NCBI GenBank assembly: GCA_024276825.1
Contig: JAJRWI010000002.1
Coordinates: forward strand, 1 to 29,431
Source: an archaeon
GTDB taxonomy: Archaea; Asgardarchaeota; Thorarchaeia; Thorarchaeales; Thorarchaeaceae
Direction of reading: 5' to 3'
Length of the DNA: 29,431 nucleotides
The notes under the pieces were generated by a model. It was not told the DNA's origin, searched no databases, and saw only the letters and a list, made by a program, of their open reading frames with translations. Made by a program: the position numbers and the translations under genes. Below are positions 1-9,847 of this stretch, in pieces (within the stretch, counting starts at the first letter, position 1; each line of letters opens with the position of its first letter).

Positions 1-2
1 AT

Positions 3-122
3 ACTAATGAGCGTGCAAAGAAAATACTTGGCTGGAAGCCTGAATACACCATGGAGAAGGCTCTGACCAAGGTGGTTCACTGGTGTCTTGAAAATGGATA
101 CCTTGAGAAAAAAGGTGATTGA
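3..122 (+). CDS. C-terminal end of an NAD-dependent epimerase/dehydratase (extended SDR), truncated by the window edge
   Basis: Not in the ORF track. Frame 3 reads TNERAKKILGWKPEYTMEKALTKVVHWCLENGYLEKKGD* (TGA at 120-122), matching the typical 'AK..LGW.P.Y...L...V.W' tail of extended SDRs. Confidence 0.7.
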   Translation, partial: TNERAKKILGWKPEYTMEKALTKVVHWCLENGYLEKKGD

Positions 123-124
123 TC

Positions 125-1741
125 ATGGACTCACTAATCGGAATATTATTGATCATTTTTCCAATAGTATTGGCATTTTTACTCCTTGTAAAATTCAAGA
201 AGGCTGCCGATATCACTGGCGTTGTGGTCTGGTTGACAACATTGATAATTGCCATTGTTGCCTTCCAGACTGATATTGGAATTGCTCTGATAGCCAGTCT
301 TGCAGGAATTATCAAATCCTTCCCGATCTCTCTCATGGTCGCGACTTCAATTCTGATGATGACCTATATGCAGGAGACCGGTTCGCTCCAGAGACTGATT
401 GTGTTCTTCAAGACATTAGGTGGTGGAAGCAGGCCTATGCAGATACTCATGATCAGTTTTGGTCTGGGCCTCTTTCTGGTTGGCATTGGGGCCACTCCAG
501 TATCAATGCTTCCTCCAGTAATGTTGGCTCTTGGCTTTTCGCCCTTGGTTGCTGTGGCGCTTCCTGCTATTGGCTATGACCCTCTGACCACTTTCGCATT
601 ATTGGGTGTGCCCGCAGTGGTGTTTCGTGGTGAGTATTCTCAATGGGCCACAGAGGTGACTCTTCAACAAGCAGGTTCAGTATTTGCATGGTTCATGCCC
701 ATTGTGAGTTTGGGAATTGCGATCTCAATGTTGTGGATTGCAGGGGGTAAGAAGCTCCTGTTCAATAGAGAAGGTATTCTCTTAGCAGCAATATGTGGAA
801 TTACTGCAGGAGGCATGGCAATCATCTGCAATGTAATATTGCCTTTGACAACTTTGACCAATGTCTTTGCCGGTGCAATGGTGCTTTTCATTCTCTTCCT
901 CTACAACAAAATTAGAAGAAAACCCATCATTGACAGAACAATCCTTAATGAGGATGATCTACATGTTGAAGAACAGATGAGTCTTAGGAGGGCAAGTATC
1001 CCCTGGGTTGTGCTTGTTGCTCTTAGTCTGATTACAAACATGATTCCGCAAATCTTTGATCTTCTATTCGTTCAACTCGCATTTCCAATTCAATTGGGCT
1101 CGTATCCTACTGTGATTAAGACTAGGGTTCTATGGCAAGCTTATACATTAATGCTAATCTCCACATTGGTGTCAATTCCATTTTTTACGAGAGACAGGAC
1201 TGTCTTGAAGAACACCATGTCAAAGTTCATGAAGCGGGCTCCACGTCCAGTCATTGCTGCTGCAATTTTCTTTGCGATGGCTGAAGTGATGAATTACAGC
1301 GGTTGGGTCATTGGAACCGGCGGTGTATGGCTGAATCCAACTGTTCCTGCAAATGGCATTGATCCATCGAACAATATGATTTATCTTCTGGCTTCGGCTA
1401 CTGCTGGACTTGGTCTTGCATATCCACTGATTGCACCATTCTTGGGCCTCTTGGCAGGCTTTATTTCAGGCTCTGAAACATCTGCAATTGCCATGTTTAC
1501 AAAATATCATGTCGAAACATCTAATCTGATTTCAGCTAACTCAATGGTAGTTGCGGCTTCAAATGGAATCGGCGGGGGTCTTGCAAGTGTCTTGAGTCCT
1601 GCCAAGATTCAAAATGCTGCGGCTGTGGTTGATCAGATTGGGATTGAGGGACAGGTCATTAAATATGGTGTTGTCGTTGCAATTCTGATGACATTGGTGA
1701 CCGCCGTACTGACATTCCTATGGGCGTTTCCTGTACCTTAG
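125..1741 (+). CDS. lctP: L-lactate permease (LctP family)
   Basis: Highly hydrophobic ~538 aa protein with the LctP-type C-terminal motifs 'LAGFISGSETSAIAMF' and 'GGGLASVLSPAKIQNAAAVV'. ATG at 125 is preceded by AGGTGA (113-118). Confidence 0.8.
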   Translation: MDSLIGILLIIFPIVLAFLLLVKFKKAADITGVVVWLTTLIIAIVAFQTDIGIALIASLAGIIKSFPISLMVATSILMMTYMQETGSLQRLIVFFKTLGGGSRPMQILMISFGLGLFLVGIGATPVSMLPPVMLALGFSPLVAVALPAIGYDPLTTFALLGVPAVVFRGEYSQWATEVTLQQAGSVFAWFMPIVSLGIAISMLWIAGGKKLLFNREGILLAAICGITAGGMAIICNVILPLTTLTNVFAGAMVLFILFLYNKIRRKPIIDRTILNEDDLHVEEQMSLRRASIPWVVLVALSLITNMIPQIFDLLFVQLAFPIQLGSYPTVIKTRVLWQAYTLMLISTLVSIPFFTRDRTVLKNTMSKFMKRAPRPVIAAAIFFAMAEVMNYSGWVIGTGGVWLNPTVPANGIDPSNNMIYLLASATAGLGLAYPLIAPFLGLLAGFISGSETSAIAMFTKYHVETSNLISANSMVVAASNGIGGGLASVLSPAKIQNAAAVVDQIGIEGQVIKYGVVVAILMTLVTAVLTFLWAFPVP

Positions 1742-1769
1742 CGATTTATTCAATCTTATATGATTCGCC

Positions 1770-2618
1770 TTAACAAGACTCTTTGCATTCTTCATAGAGT
1801 CTGGTCATTGCAAGGTAGAACATTGGAAGAATCAAGAATCCCATGATAAACAGACCCAGAGCTGAGAGTGATAGGATTAGTGCTGCAACGATATCCATTG
1901 ATGGTTCGAATGACCCATGAAGAACAGAATATAATGGAAGGGGCCCAAATAGAATTCCCAACATTATGAGAAACAAGAACTCGACACCAAGAACTCGCTT
2001 GAAATTCTTGATAAAAATCATAAGTGATTTCTTAAGGGATTGAACAATCTCAAGTCCATCAACAAGTCCGGGGATGAAAGTCGCTGTAATTCCAATAATA
2101 ACAAAATACCAAATTGAAGCCGTTATACCAAAGAGCCAGTTCAGGGGATAATCAATAGGATATCCAATTATAATTGAGGATAAAAGGACTGGGCCAACTG
2201 AGAGGATCCCAAGAATCAGTCCTCCTATAAATAGTACTAATGCGTTTGATCTGAGCCACATAAATGGCCCGCCAATTGTTGGAGTTTTAAAAGTGACTAC
2301 ACTTGAACAGAGATGGTAAATGCTTCCAAATATCCATGTGTAGACTATTATTATAGGAAGCAAAATGATAAGGAAATTGGTTGTTAGTACAACCTCAATG
2401 TTTCCATGAAGAATTGGATACCAGAATTGCATCAGTGCAATTAATTGCTGAATCACATCGCCGCTAGTCTGGATTGCCAAAATAAGAGCAATGGGAAATG
2501 AGACTAGCAAGAGAACGATTCCAAGTATCAATGATACGCCTATCATTGTGATGATAAATGCCATAACATTCTTGGTCCATTGTTTGAAGGCGATCCTTAC
2601 ATCTTGAAGTGGTTGCAT
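1770..2618 (-). CDS. Hypothetical integral membrane protein (~6 TM)
   Basis: Long hydrophobic segments. 'VDGLEIVQSLKKSLMIFIKNFKRVLG' resembles GDPD membrane-domain-like proteins. ATG (MQPLQ) at 2618 has a GGAG SD upstream. Confidence 0.7.
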   Translation of the reverse strand: MQPLQDVRIAFKQWTKNVMAFIITMIGVSLILGIVLLLVSFPIALILAIQTSGDVIQQLIALMQFWYPILHGNIEVVLTTNFLIILLPIIIVYTWIFGSIYHLCSSVVTFKTPTIGGPFMWLRSNALVLFIGGLILGILSVGPVLLSSIIIGYPIDYPLNWLFGITASIWYFVIIGITATFIPGLVDGLEIVQSLKKSLMIFIKNFKRVLGVEFLFLIMLGILFGPLPLYSVLHGSFEPSMDIVAALILSLSALGLFIMGFLILPMFYLAMTRLYEECKESC

Positions 2619-2755
2619 TTTGCCAGCTCCATACAATAGGTAGTTTTCCGTGTCTTATGTTTATTGCTTGCATCCAAAATGTGGGCAAAATCATTTGTGA
2701 TATGAGAGTGGTCTCTTTCTCAAGCCTTATGTGCCATTGAACTTGCAGGATCTCG

Positions 2756-3403
2756 ATGACAATCGGTAATCTCATATATAGCCGCGGAAAGACATTCTAT
2801 GTTAACCCCTCGCATCAGTGTACAAACAGCTGCTTATTCTGCATAAGAAACTTCAAAGATGGTGTTTATGGCTATAACCTGAGGCTCTCTCGATATCCCT
2901 CCTCTGAAGAGCTAGTTAATGCTGTAAACGACAATCTTAATGACTCATTTGAAGAAGTGGCAATAGTCGGTTTTGGCGAACCACTATTGAATCTTGGTGG
3001 CACGCTGGCTGTTGTGAAGAGTGTTAAGGAATCCCTTGACATCCCGGTCAGAATCAATACAAATGGCCATGCGTTATTAATTCATCCATATAGAAATGTA
3101 CCAGATGAACTAGCGGATGCGGGACTTGACAAGGTACAAGTATCGCTCAATGCACAAGATGCTCAGACCTATGTGCGATTGTGCAGACCCTCTTTTGGCG
3201 AAGCCGCATACTATTCTCTACTAGAGTTTGCAAAGCGATGTGCTCAGAGGATGAGGGTTGATCTGTCGGTAGTTGCAGTTCCAGGAGTTGACATTGAAGA
3301 ATGTAAGACAATTGCAAAGCGCTTGGGTGTTGGTTTTAGACTTAGAAATTACAAGGGACCGCCAGAAGTTCTGAAGTATATCAAAAGGCAACTAATTGAT
3401 TGA
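2756..3403 (+). CDS. TatD family-associated radical SAM protein
   Basis: CxxxCxxC motif in 'YVNPSHQCTNSCLFCIRN', plus 'EVAIVGFGEPLL', 'VRINTNGHA' and 'VSLNAQDAQTYVRLCRP'. Length 215 aa fits the family. Confidence 0.85.
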   Translation: MTIGNLIYSRGKTFYVNPSHQCTNSCLFCIRNFKDGVYGYNLRLSRYPSSEELVNAVNDNLNDSFEEVAIVGFGEPLLNLGGTLAVVKSVKESLDIPVRINTNGHALLIHPYRNVPDELADAGLDKVQVSLNAQDAQTYVRLCRPSFGEAAYYSLLEFAKRCAQRMRVDLSVVAVPGVDIEECKTIAKRLGVGFRLRNYKGPPEVLKYIKRQLID

Positions 3404-3515
3404 GAAGTTCAAACAAGAGCTTCACAATCAGCAATTTAATTAGGGACTAGTTAAAGAATACATATGGCAACACCTGTATGAATGGTGAAACATTACAACT
3501 GTGGTTGAATACTAA

Positions 3516-4358
3516 ATGTCCTTGCATAAAATCAAAGGGAGAATATGGGCAGACACTAGTGGCAGCAATGGTGGGAATTTTGGCGCAATCATTTTGTCCT
3601 CTGAGATAATAATGATTGATACTGGCATGTTCCCTAGTCTGACAGGTCCCATCAAGGAGTTCATAGTGCCCAATCTTGGAACTACTGTTTCAAAGGTTCT
3701 ATTCACTCATTACCATCCGGATCATCTCTTTGGTGCTCAAGTGTTCAATCATGCGGAACTTATTGGTTCGTCTAAGATGCGAAATCTCTGTCTTCGCAAG
3801 TTGGAAAAAGAATGGACCAATGAGCGCCTTATGAAGGAAGCTGAAACAGTGAAGAACGACAACCCGCTATTCTGGGAAAACATGCAGAAGCTCACCATAA
3901 GGATTCCCGAAACCACTTTTGATGAAGAGTACTCTATTAATGACTCAATTCACGCAAGATTGATTGGCGGTCATACTGCAGGGTCGTCAATTGTTGTTAT
4001 TGAACCCGAACATGTGTTGTTCTCTGGAGACCTGATATTCAATCAAGCATTTCCATATGCAGGTGATCCCTCATGCGATCCTGAGGTATGGATCAATGCA
4101 TTACGAACGATTCTCGGGGAAAGCTATGAAGTGATTATTCCGGGCCATGGACCACCCTGCGATAATGACACAGTTCAAGTTCATATTGATTTATTCACCA
4201 CACTTAAGGAACGAATCCTTGAAGCTATTGAGAATAATATTTCGCCCTCAAAATTTATTGACTCAGGTCTTGTTCCTGAATATCATAATAATGGCTACGA
4301 GAACAGGATAAAATCAACAATCGAGCGCTGGTTTGAGTTTTACAAGTCAAGGGTATGA
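3516..4358 (+). CDS. MBL-fold metallo-hydrolase
   Basis: Metal-binding motifs IDTG, THYHPDH, GGHTAGS, FSGDL and IPGHG. Confidence 0.9.
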   Translation: MSLHKIKGRIWADTSGSNGGNFGAIILSSEIIMIDTGMFPSLTGPIKEFIVPNLGTTVSKVLFTHYHPDHLFGAQVFNHAELIGSSKMRNLCLRKLEKEWTNERLMKEAETVKNDNPLFWENMQKLTIRIPETTFDEEYSINDSIHARLIGGHTAGSSIVVIEPEHVLFSGDLIFNQAFPYAGDPSCDPEVWINALRTILGESYEVIIPGHGPPCDNDTVQVHIDLFTTLKERILEAIENNISPSKFIDSGLVPEYHNNGYENRIKSTIERWFEFYKSRV

Positions 4359-6277
4359 TGGGAATGAAGGTGCTTGAGCCTCTTGATGTCAAATCTCTTC
4401 ATCTTCAGAATCGGTTAATACTTCTTGCAACACATCTGAATATGTGCGAGAATGGCGAGGTCACTCAGCAATTAATTGACTTCTACGAAGAGCGTGCAAA
4501 ACATGGTCCCGGTATGATCATTGTTGGTGGGTGCTTTACAGAGCATCTGGGAATGAGTGCTCCCACAATGATTGGTATCAGTGAGGAACGCCATGAGGCG
4601 GGTCTCAAACTACTCTCCGAAACAATCCACCAATACAATGTCCCTGTTGCTGCACAGCTTTATCATGCAGGAAGGTATGTCTATTCATTTGCAATTGGAC
4701 AGCAGGCTGTTTCAGCCTCTGAGGTTCCAAGTCCATTCACTCGCGAAATCCCCCGGGCATTATCAATAGAAGAGATCGAACAGACAATCAACAATTTTGG
4801 AAATGCGGCCGAGCGGGCCAAACGGTGTGGTTTTGATGCTGTTGAGATAATTGGATCAGCTGGATATCTTATCAACCAATTTATGGCACGAGCCACTAAC
4901 AAGCGCAATGATGAATATGGAGGGCCTCTTGAGAACAGGGCTCGGTTTGCAATAGAGGTGATCCAAGAGGTGAGGGCAAGAGTAGGCGATGATTTTCCAG
5001 TTCTTTATAGAATAAGCGGTGAGGATTTCGTTCCCGATGGAATGACACTTGAAGATAATAAGCAAGTTGTCCCTTGGCTAGTAGACGCGGGAATTGACAT
5101 TCTCAATGTGACCGGAGGATGGCATGAAACACGAGTTCCCCAAATCACCATGGATGTTCCGCGTGGAAAGTATGTGTATCTTGCTGAAGGTCTTGCTACA
5201 GCTGTGGATATTCCAGTTATTGCATGTAATCGGATAAACAGTCCAACGATTGCCGAACGGATTCTGAAAAAAGGCAAGGTTCAGCTCATCGGAATGTCGC
5301 GCGGCTTCATTGCTGATGAGATGCTGGTTGAGAAGATCAAAAAGGGCGAGTTTAAGAGAATTCGTCCTTGCATCGGATGTAACCAAGGATGTCTTGATCA
5401 TGTCTTTATGTTGGAACCTGTGACATGTGCAATCAATCCTCGGGCAGGATTTGAAAAATCTCGATATATCAATAAACAAGGCGAAGGCAAGATTGCCGTG
5501 GTCGGGGCTGGTGTTGCTGGAATGGAGGTTTCACGGGTACTATCGCTTCGCGGCTTTGATGTGACGCTCTATGAACGCGAAGCAATGCCTGGCGGGATGC
5601 TAAGACTTGCTTCAAGAGCACCTGGACGTGGTGAGTTCCTTGCTTATGTAACCCACATGTGGAATGAACTCAAAACATTGGATGTTGATCTAGAATTTAA
5701 CACAAGAGCCACTGCAAAACTACTTGCTTCTGAAAGTTATGACTTAGTGATCTGTGCCAATGGAACAATTCCATCAATTCCTGCTATTCAAGGTCTGGAA
5801 CTTCCACATGTCATATCTGCAATTGAAGTGTTGTCTAATCAACATGCAAATCTAGGGCGGGTCACAGTTATTGGCGGTGGTCTCATAGGTTGCCATGTTG
5901 CCCTGTACCTTGCAAATCATGTCAAGTCTGTTGTAATAGTGGAGAAAGACAAGCGTATTGGTTCAGATATAGGCAGAAGTACACGGTGGGTCATATTAAA
6001 AATGCTCAAGGAGCATGGTGTTGAATTCATCACCGAGGCTGAAATTGACCAAATCACAAATGATTATGTCTTTGTGAAAGTGAATGATGAAGATAAACTA
6101 ATTCGCACCGATGCTGTAGTAGTGGCATCATGGCCTATGCCTGATGAAAGATTGTTTGCAGAACTAAGGAACAACGGAACTCGGGTTGAGAAGGTAGGAT
6201 CTGTTGCAGGACAGAAGAATATTCTTGAGATCATTCATAACGCCTTTGAGTTTGCCAATTCTCTCACATTAAAGTGA
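4355..6277 (+). CDS. fadH: NADH:flavin oxidoreductase, 2,4-dienoyl-CoA reductase (FadH)-like
   Basis: OYE-type TIM barrel (QLYHAGR, EIIGSAGYLINQF, GGWHE), 4Fe-4S motif CIGCNQGC...C, and two Rossmann motifs (VVGAGVAG, IGGGLIG). Overlaps the MBL gene by 4 nt (ATGA). Confidence 0.8.
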   Translation: MMGMKVLEPLDVKSLHLQNRLILLATHLNMCENGEVTQQLIDFYEERAKHGPGMIIVGGCFTEHLGMSAPTMIGISEERHEAGLKLLSETIHQYNVPVAAQLYHAGRYVYSFAIGQQAVSASEVPSPFTREIPRALSIEEIEQTINNFGNAAERAKRCGFDAVEIIGSAGYLINQFMARATNKRNDEYGGPLENRARFAIEVIQEVRARVGDDFPVLYRISGEDFVPDGMTLEDNKQVVPWLVDAGIDILNVTGGWHETRVPQITMDVPRGKYVYLAEGLATAVDIPVIACNRINSPTIAERILKKGKVQLIGMSRGFIADEMLVEKIKKGEFKRIRPCIGCNQGCLDHVFMLEPVTCAINPRAGFEKSRYINKQGEGKIAVVGAGVAGMEVSRVLSLRGFDVTLYEREAMPGGMLRLASRAPGRGEFLAYVTHMWNELKTLDVDLEFNTRATAKLLASESYDLVICANGTIPSIPAIQGLELPHVISAIEVLSNQHANLGRVTVIGGGLIGCHVALYLANHVKSVVIVEKDKRIGSDIGRSTRWVILKMLKEHGVEFITEAEIDQITNDYVFVKVNDEDKLIRTDAVVVASWPMPDERLFAELRNNGTRVEKVGSVAGQKNILEIIHNAFEFANSLTLK

Positions 6278-6353
6278 TATCAACTGCATGTTACGAATTC
6301 CTTATAGGCATTTTATCTGTTTGATTTTCCTATACTGGAGGCTCTAGAGAGAA

Positions 6354-7520
6354 ATGACTTACAACAACTCCTATGGAGTTATCTCTTATCCAACTTTTAC
6401 CGAGTTGAATAACATTCTAACACAGTTCTTTGATGTACTCTCCAGTAGCCTTGAATATGGAATGCCTACCTTTATCTGTAGGTTCTCAGGAAATGTGCCT
6501 CCAGACAGTTCTGAAATCGAACAGGTCTTTAATGTGGTCGCTGAGAAAGCAAAAGAGCTGAGAGTCTGGCCAGTCATCAATTGGTATCGTAAGCATGAAC
6601 GATTGTATCTCATTCGATTCGCCCCAAAACAAGATGTAGAGAAATCTGATGTCACAGTCAATTATGCCCTCTTTATTGCGACGTTGGCAGCAGTGGCCAT
6701 TGGCGGCCTTTTACAAGCAACGAGTCCAGTCTTTCTGACCCTATTCTATCCAAATGGTTGGACCTGGCTTGATATTGCATTTACCACAATTCTGTTCGTT
6801 ATCGCGCTCATGGGAATAATTGGAACACATGAATTGGGACATTATATGGCCGCTAAGAAACGTGGGGTTGAAGCAACTCTGCCATATTTCATTCCAGGTC
6901 TTCCTCAGATTGGTGGCACATTTGGGGCATTCATAAAGCAGAAGAGCCCCCCAATGAAAAGAAGTGATCTGTTTGATATTGGGGTTGCTGGTCCACTTGC
7001 CGGATTTGTTATAACAGTAATCGTACTCTTCATTGGATTTCTGATATCGGTCCCTGTAAGTGCGGAGGAGATTAATGCCATAAATAAGGCATTCCCTGGT
7101 ATGTCTGGATCATTGCCTGTGCCATTATTGTTTACTCTGCTAGAGTTTGCCTATGCTGACTTTATTCCCTCGGGAGGCACACTTTATCTGCATCCTGTGG
7201 CATTTGCAAGCTGGGTTGGAATGCTTGTAACTGCACTCAACCTGTTTCCCACTGGACAACTTGATGGTGGTCATGCTTTGAGGGCAATCGTCAATCCCAA
7301 GCAGCACAAGACAATAGGGTGGGCCGCCATTATTATCATGTTTCTCATGCAGCTCTGGTTAATGGCAATCTTAGTACTTGCACTGTCATCTGGCGGTGAA
7401 CATCCCGGGGCCCTTAATGAGACCATTCCTGTTCCTAAATGGCGTATTGCACTGTTCATAATCTGCATGATCATCCTGGTGCTTTGCATCCCTCCACTAT
7501 GGGACTTTGCTGCTTTCTAA
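6354..7520 (+). CDS. Site-2 protease family (M50) intramembrane metalloprotease
   Basis: HELGH zinc motif, 'DIGVAGPLAGF', 'NLFPTGQLDGGH' and several TM segments. GGAGG lies upstream. Confidence 0.92.
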   Translation: MTYNNSYGVISYPTFTELNNILTQFFDVLSSSLEYGMPTFICRFSGNVPPDSSEIEQVFNVVAEKAKELRVWPVINWYRKHERLYLIRFAPKQDVEKSDVTVNYALFIATLAAVAIGGLLQATSPVFLTLFYPNGWTWLDIAFTTILFVIALMGIIGTHELGHYMAAKKRGVEATLPYFIPGLPQIGGTFGAFIKQKSPPMKRSDLFDIGVAGPLAGFVITVIVLFIGFLISVPVSAEEINAINKAFPGMSGSLPVPLLFTLLEFAYADFIPSGGTLYLHPVAFASWVGMLVTALNLFPTGQLDGGHALRAIVNPKQHKTIGWAAIIIMFLMQLWLMAILVLALSSGGEHPGALNETIPVPKWRIALFIICMIILVLCIPPLWDFAAF

Positions 7521-7769
7521 GCAATTCTAGCTATGAATTTGAACGACTCACTAAAAGTAAGAACTTGAGTGATAATGCATTCTCAATTGCATCTATCAAT
7601 TTTACAGAGAACTTTACGAATGGCCTTCGACATGAACCAAAGGAACCTGAGTAAATCTAGTACATCTTTGGACTCTGCGCAAGCCTTTTATGCGACCTTA
7701 AGTTTCGACCCGTCCAAGCCATAAGCAGACATTGGGCTTATTATCTCATAAAACCGAGAGTGACACTGG

Positions 7770-9677
7770 ATGAATGGATCAAGAAAGATACTTGCACTAA
7801 GTCTGGCAATGATGTTTCTCCTGAGTATGGCAGGCTCACTATCACAAATCGGAACTCCCATGGTAACTATTGAAATAGTCGACACTAAAACATATCATAC
7901 TCTATCAGGAACAAACCTGATTGTCGATAATGAGACCTTCAACAATCTTCTCGAGTTTGATGATGATGACTTTGTGTTTCATGTTTACAATTATACACAC
8001 ATTGTGGCAGGCGCGAACGTTACATTGATCAATCAGACTGATTCCAGTGTCTATGCCAGCAAGATTACAGTAGGTGATGGTTCGGCTGTCTTTTACAATG
8101 TGCCACAGGGAATCTACATTTGGAATGTCACTTGGGATAATGCCCCAGGCATCTACACCACTGGCATTCTGCGTTCTGATGGTCCTGAGGCCTTTGTGAA
8201 CTATCAGCTTGGAAACCTGGATTCTGAAAACGATGATGACGATTTCTCAGCCACGGTCACTGACATTGATGGCGATTATGCAGAAGGGCTGAATTTCACG
8301 ATTTTCAACACCGATACAAATACAACTTACAATGAAACAATTCTCGGTGCCGATGGTTCAATCACCCTGTATGACATTCCTATTGGAAACTATACTTATC
8401 TCGTTACTGTGATGAGTGGTGATTATGCTGGCACTGTCATTGCTCAAGGTGATTTTGTAAGCGACGGTACGAAGAAGTTTGTGCATCAATCAATTGGCCC
8501 ATTTGCTGGTGAGTCGGACTATTATGACCTCGAAGTTTATGTTTATTTCGAAACCACACTTGCACCGGTTTCAGGTGCAGTAGTGAATGTCACCTTCTAT
8601 AATGGCACAGTGATCGATATTAAGACAACTGGAACCAATGGTTCAGTCCAGTTCTTGGATCTGCCAATTGCATACATCAACTGGACGGTCACTTATGGCT
8701 CCGATGTGCTTGGCTCTTATGGATACAATCTAACAACAATATCAACTGACATTCGTTCGCCAGTAATCACAAGCCCAGGAGACCTCGAGTATCTCTATGG
8801 ATCTCCCAATATAACAGTGACTTGGACATTATTTGATGAGCATCCTGGCAAGATTGAAATCTATGTCAACGATGTCCTTAACAAGACCGAGATCTGGAAC
8901 ATCTCAATAACAACTCTCGAGTACACCTTCAACATGACTGGCAATGCTATTGGTGTCTATGAAGTCAAATTAGTGGCATACGATCAAAACGACAACTTTG
9001 CCGAAGATATTATTCATGTTAGAATTTATGAGAATATCATCCCAACCATAGAAGGCCCGGAGGACATCGAGTACTATTTCACAGAAACTGGACATTCAAT
9101 TCAATGGAATGTTTCAGATGATCATCTAAACATGTTTGAGGTCACTCTTGATGGTGAACCAGTTCTAAATGGAACAGTCAATCCCGAAGAACCGTTTATT
9201 TCAATTAATGTTGATGGACTAGCTATTGGTGTTCACACATACACCCTGAAAGTGAATGATACAAGTGGCAATGACGCATATGATGATGTGGTTGTCACAG
9301 TGAAGAGAGACGATGTTGCTCCTGTTATCACCTATGAACCTGGTGATATCTACTATGACAGGGGCACTGTGGACATTATTAGAAACTGGACAGCAACCGA
9401 TGAGTTCATGGATATATACAATATCACTGTTGATGGGTTCCTCGTAGTTGAGAGTGATTGGACCTCTGAAACAATCAAGTTTGATTTTTCAGGACTGTCT
9501 GAGGGAATCCACTATGTCATTCTGCGTGTCTATGATCTTGGAGGCAATTATGCAAAGTCCACTGTTGTGGTCCATGTTTCAATGCCAACAGGAATCAGGG
9601 TGACTCTGGTTCTCGCTGCGATTATTGCTATTGTTGTTGGTCTGACAACATTATTCTGGTATTTGCGTCGTCATTAA
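7770..9677 (+). CDS. Membrane-anchored cell-surface glycoprotein with tandem beta-sandwich/Ig-like repeats
   Basis: N-terminal signal peptide, C-terminal TM plus basic tail (WYLRRH), and many N-x-S/T sequons. Three N-terminal prealbumin-like repeats and three C-terminal 'P.I..P.D..Y..G....W' repeats. Confidence 0.8.
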   Translation: MNGSRKILALSLAMMFLLSMAGSLSQIGTPMVTIEIVDTKTYHTLSGTNLIVDNETFNNLLEFDDDDFVFHVYNYTHIVAGANVTLINQTDSSVYASKITVGDGSAVFYNVPQGIYIWNVTWDNAPGIYTTGILRSDGPEAFVNYQLGNLDSENDDDDFSATVTDIDGDYAEGLNFTIFNTDTNTTYNETILGADGSITLYDIPIGNYTYLVTVMSGDYAGTVIAQGDFVSDGTKKFVHQSIGPFAGESDYYDLEVYVYFETTLAPVSGAVVNVTFYNGTVIDIKTTGTNGSVQFLDLPIAYINWTVTYGSDVLGSYGYNLTTISTDIRSPVITSPGDLEYLYGSPNITVTWTLFDEHPGKIEIYVNDVLNKTEIWNISITTLEYTFNMTGNAIGVYEVKLVAYDQNDNFAEDIIHVRIYENIIPTIEGPEDIEYYFTETGHSIQWNVSDDHLNMFEVTLDGEPVLNGTVNPEEPFISINVDGLAIGVHTYTLKVNDTSGNDAYDDVVVTVKRDDVAPVITYEPGDIYYDRGTVDIIRNWTATDEFMDIYNITVDGFLVVESDWTSETIKFDFSGLSEGIHYVILRVYDLGGNYAKSTVVVHVSMPTGIRVTLVLAAIIAIVVGLTTLFWYLRRH

Positions 9678-9696
9678 GCAATTGATGCACAATCAA

Positions 9697-9742
9697 GAAT
9701 ACTGGATGAAGAGCAGGTTTCTTCTGAAAGTATTCATTTTTT
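9697..9742 (+). terminator. Hairpin plus T-tract downstream of the surface protein gene
   Basis: Inverted repeat GAATACT (9697-9703) / AGTATTC (9729-9735) with inner GAAGA/TCTTC, followed by ATTTTTT. Confidence 0.5.
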
Positions 9743-9847
9743 CTCTCATAGCACAGCCAATAATTCATCGTCATCCTTTTATTCGGTCATTCAGACAGGA
9801 AAATAACTCTCATTGTTGAGGGTTTCTAATAATTGTGGTGTTTCAGC

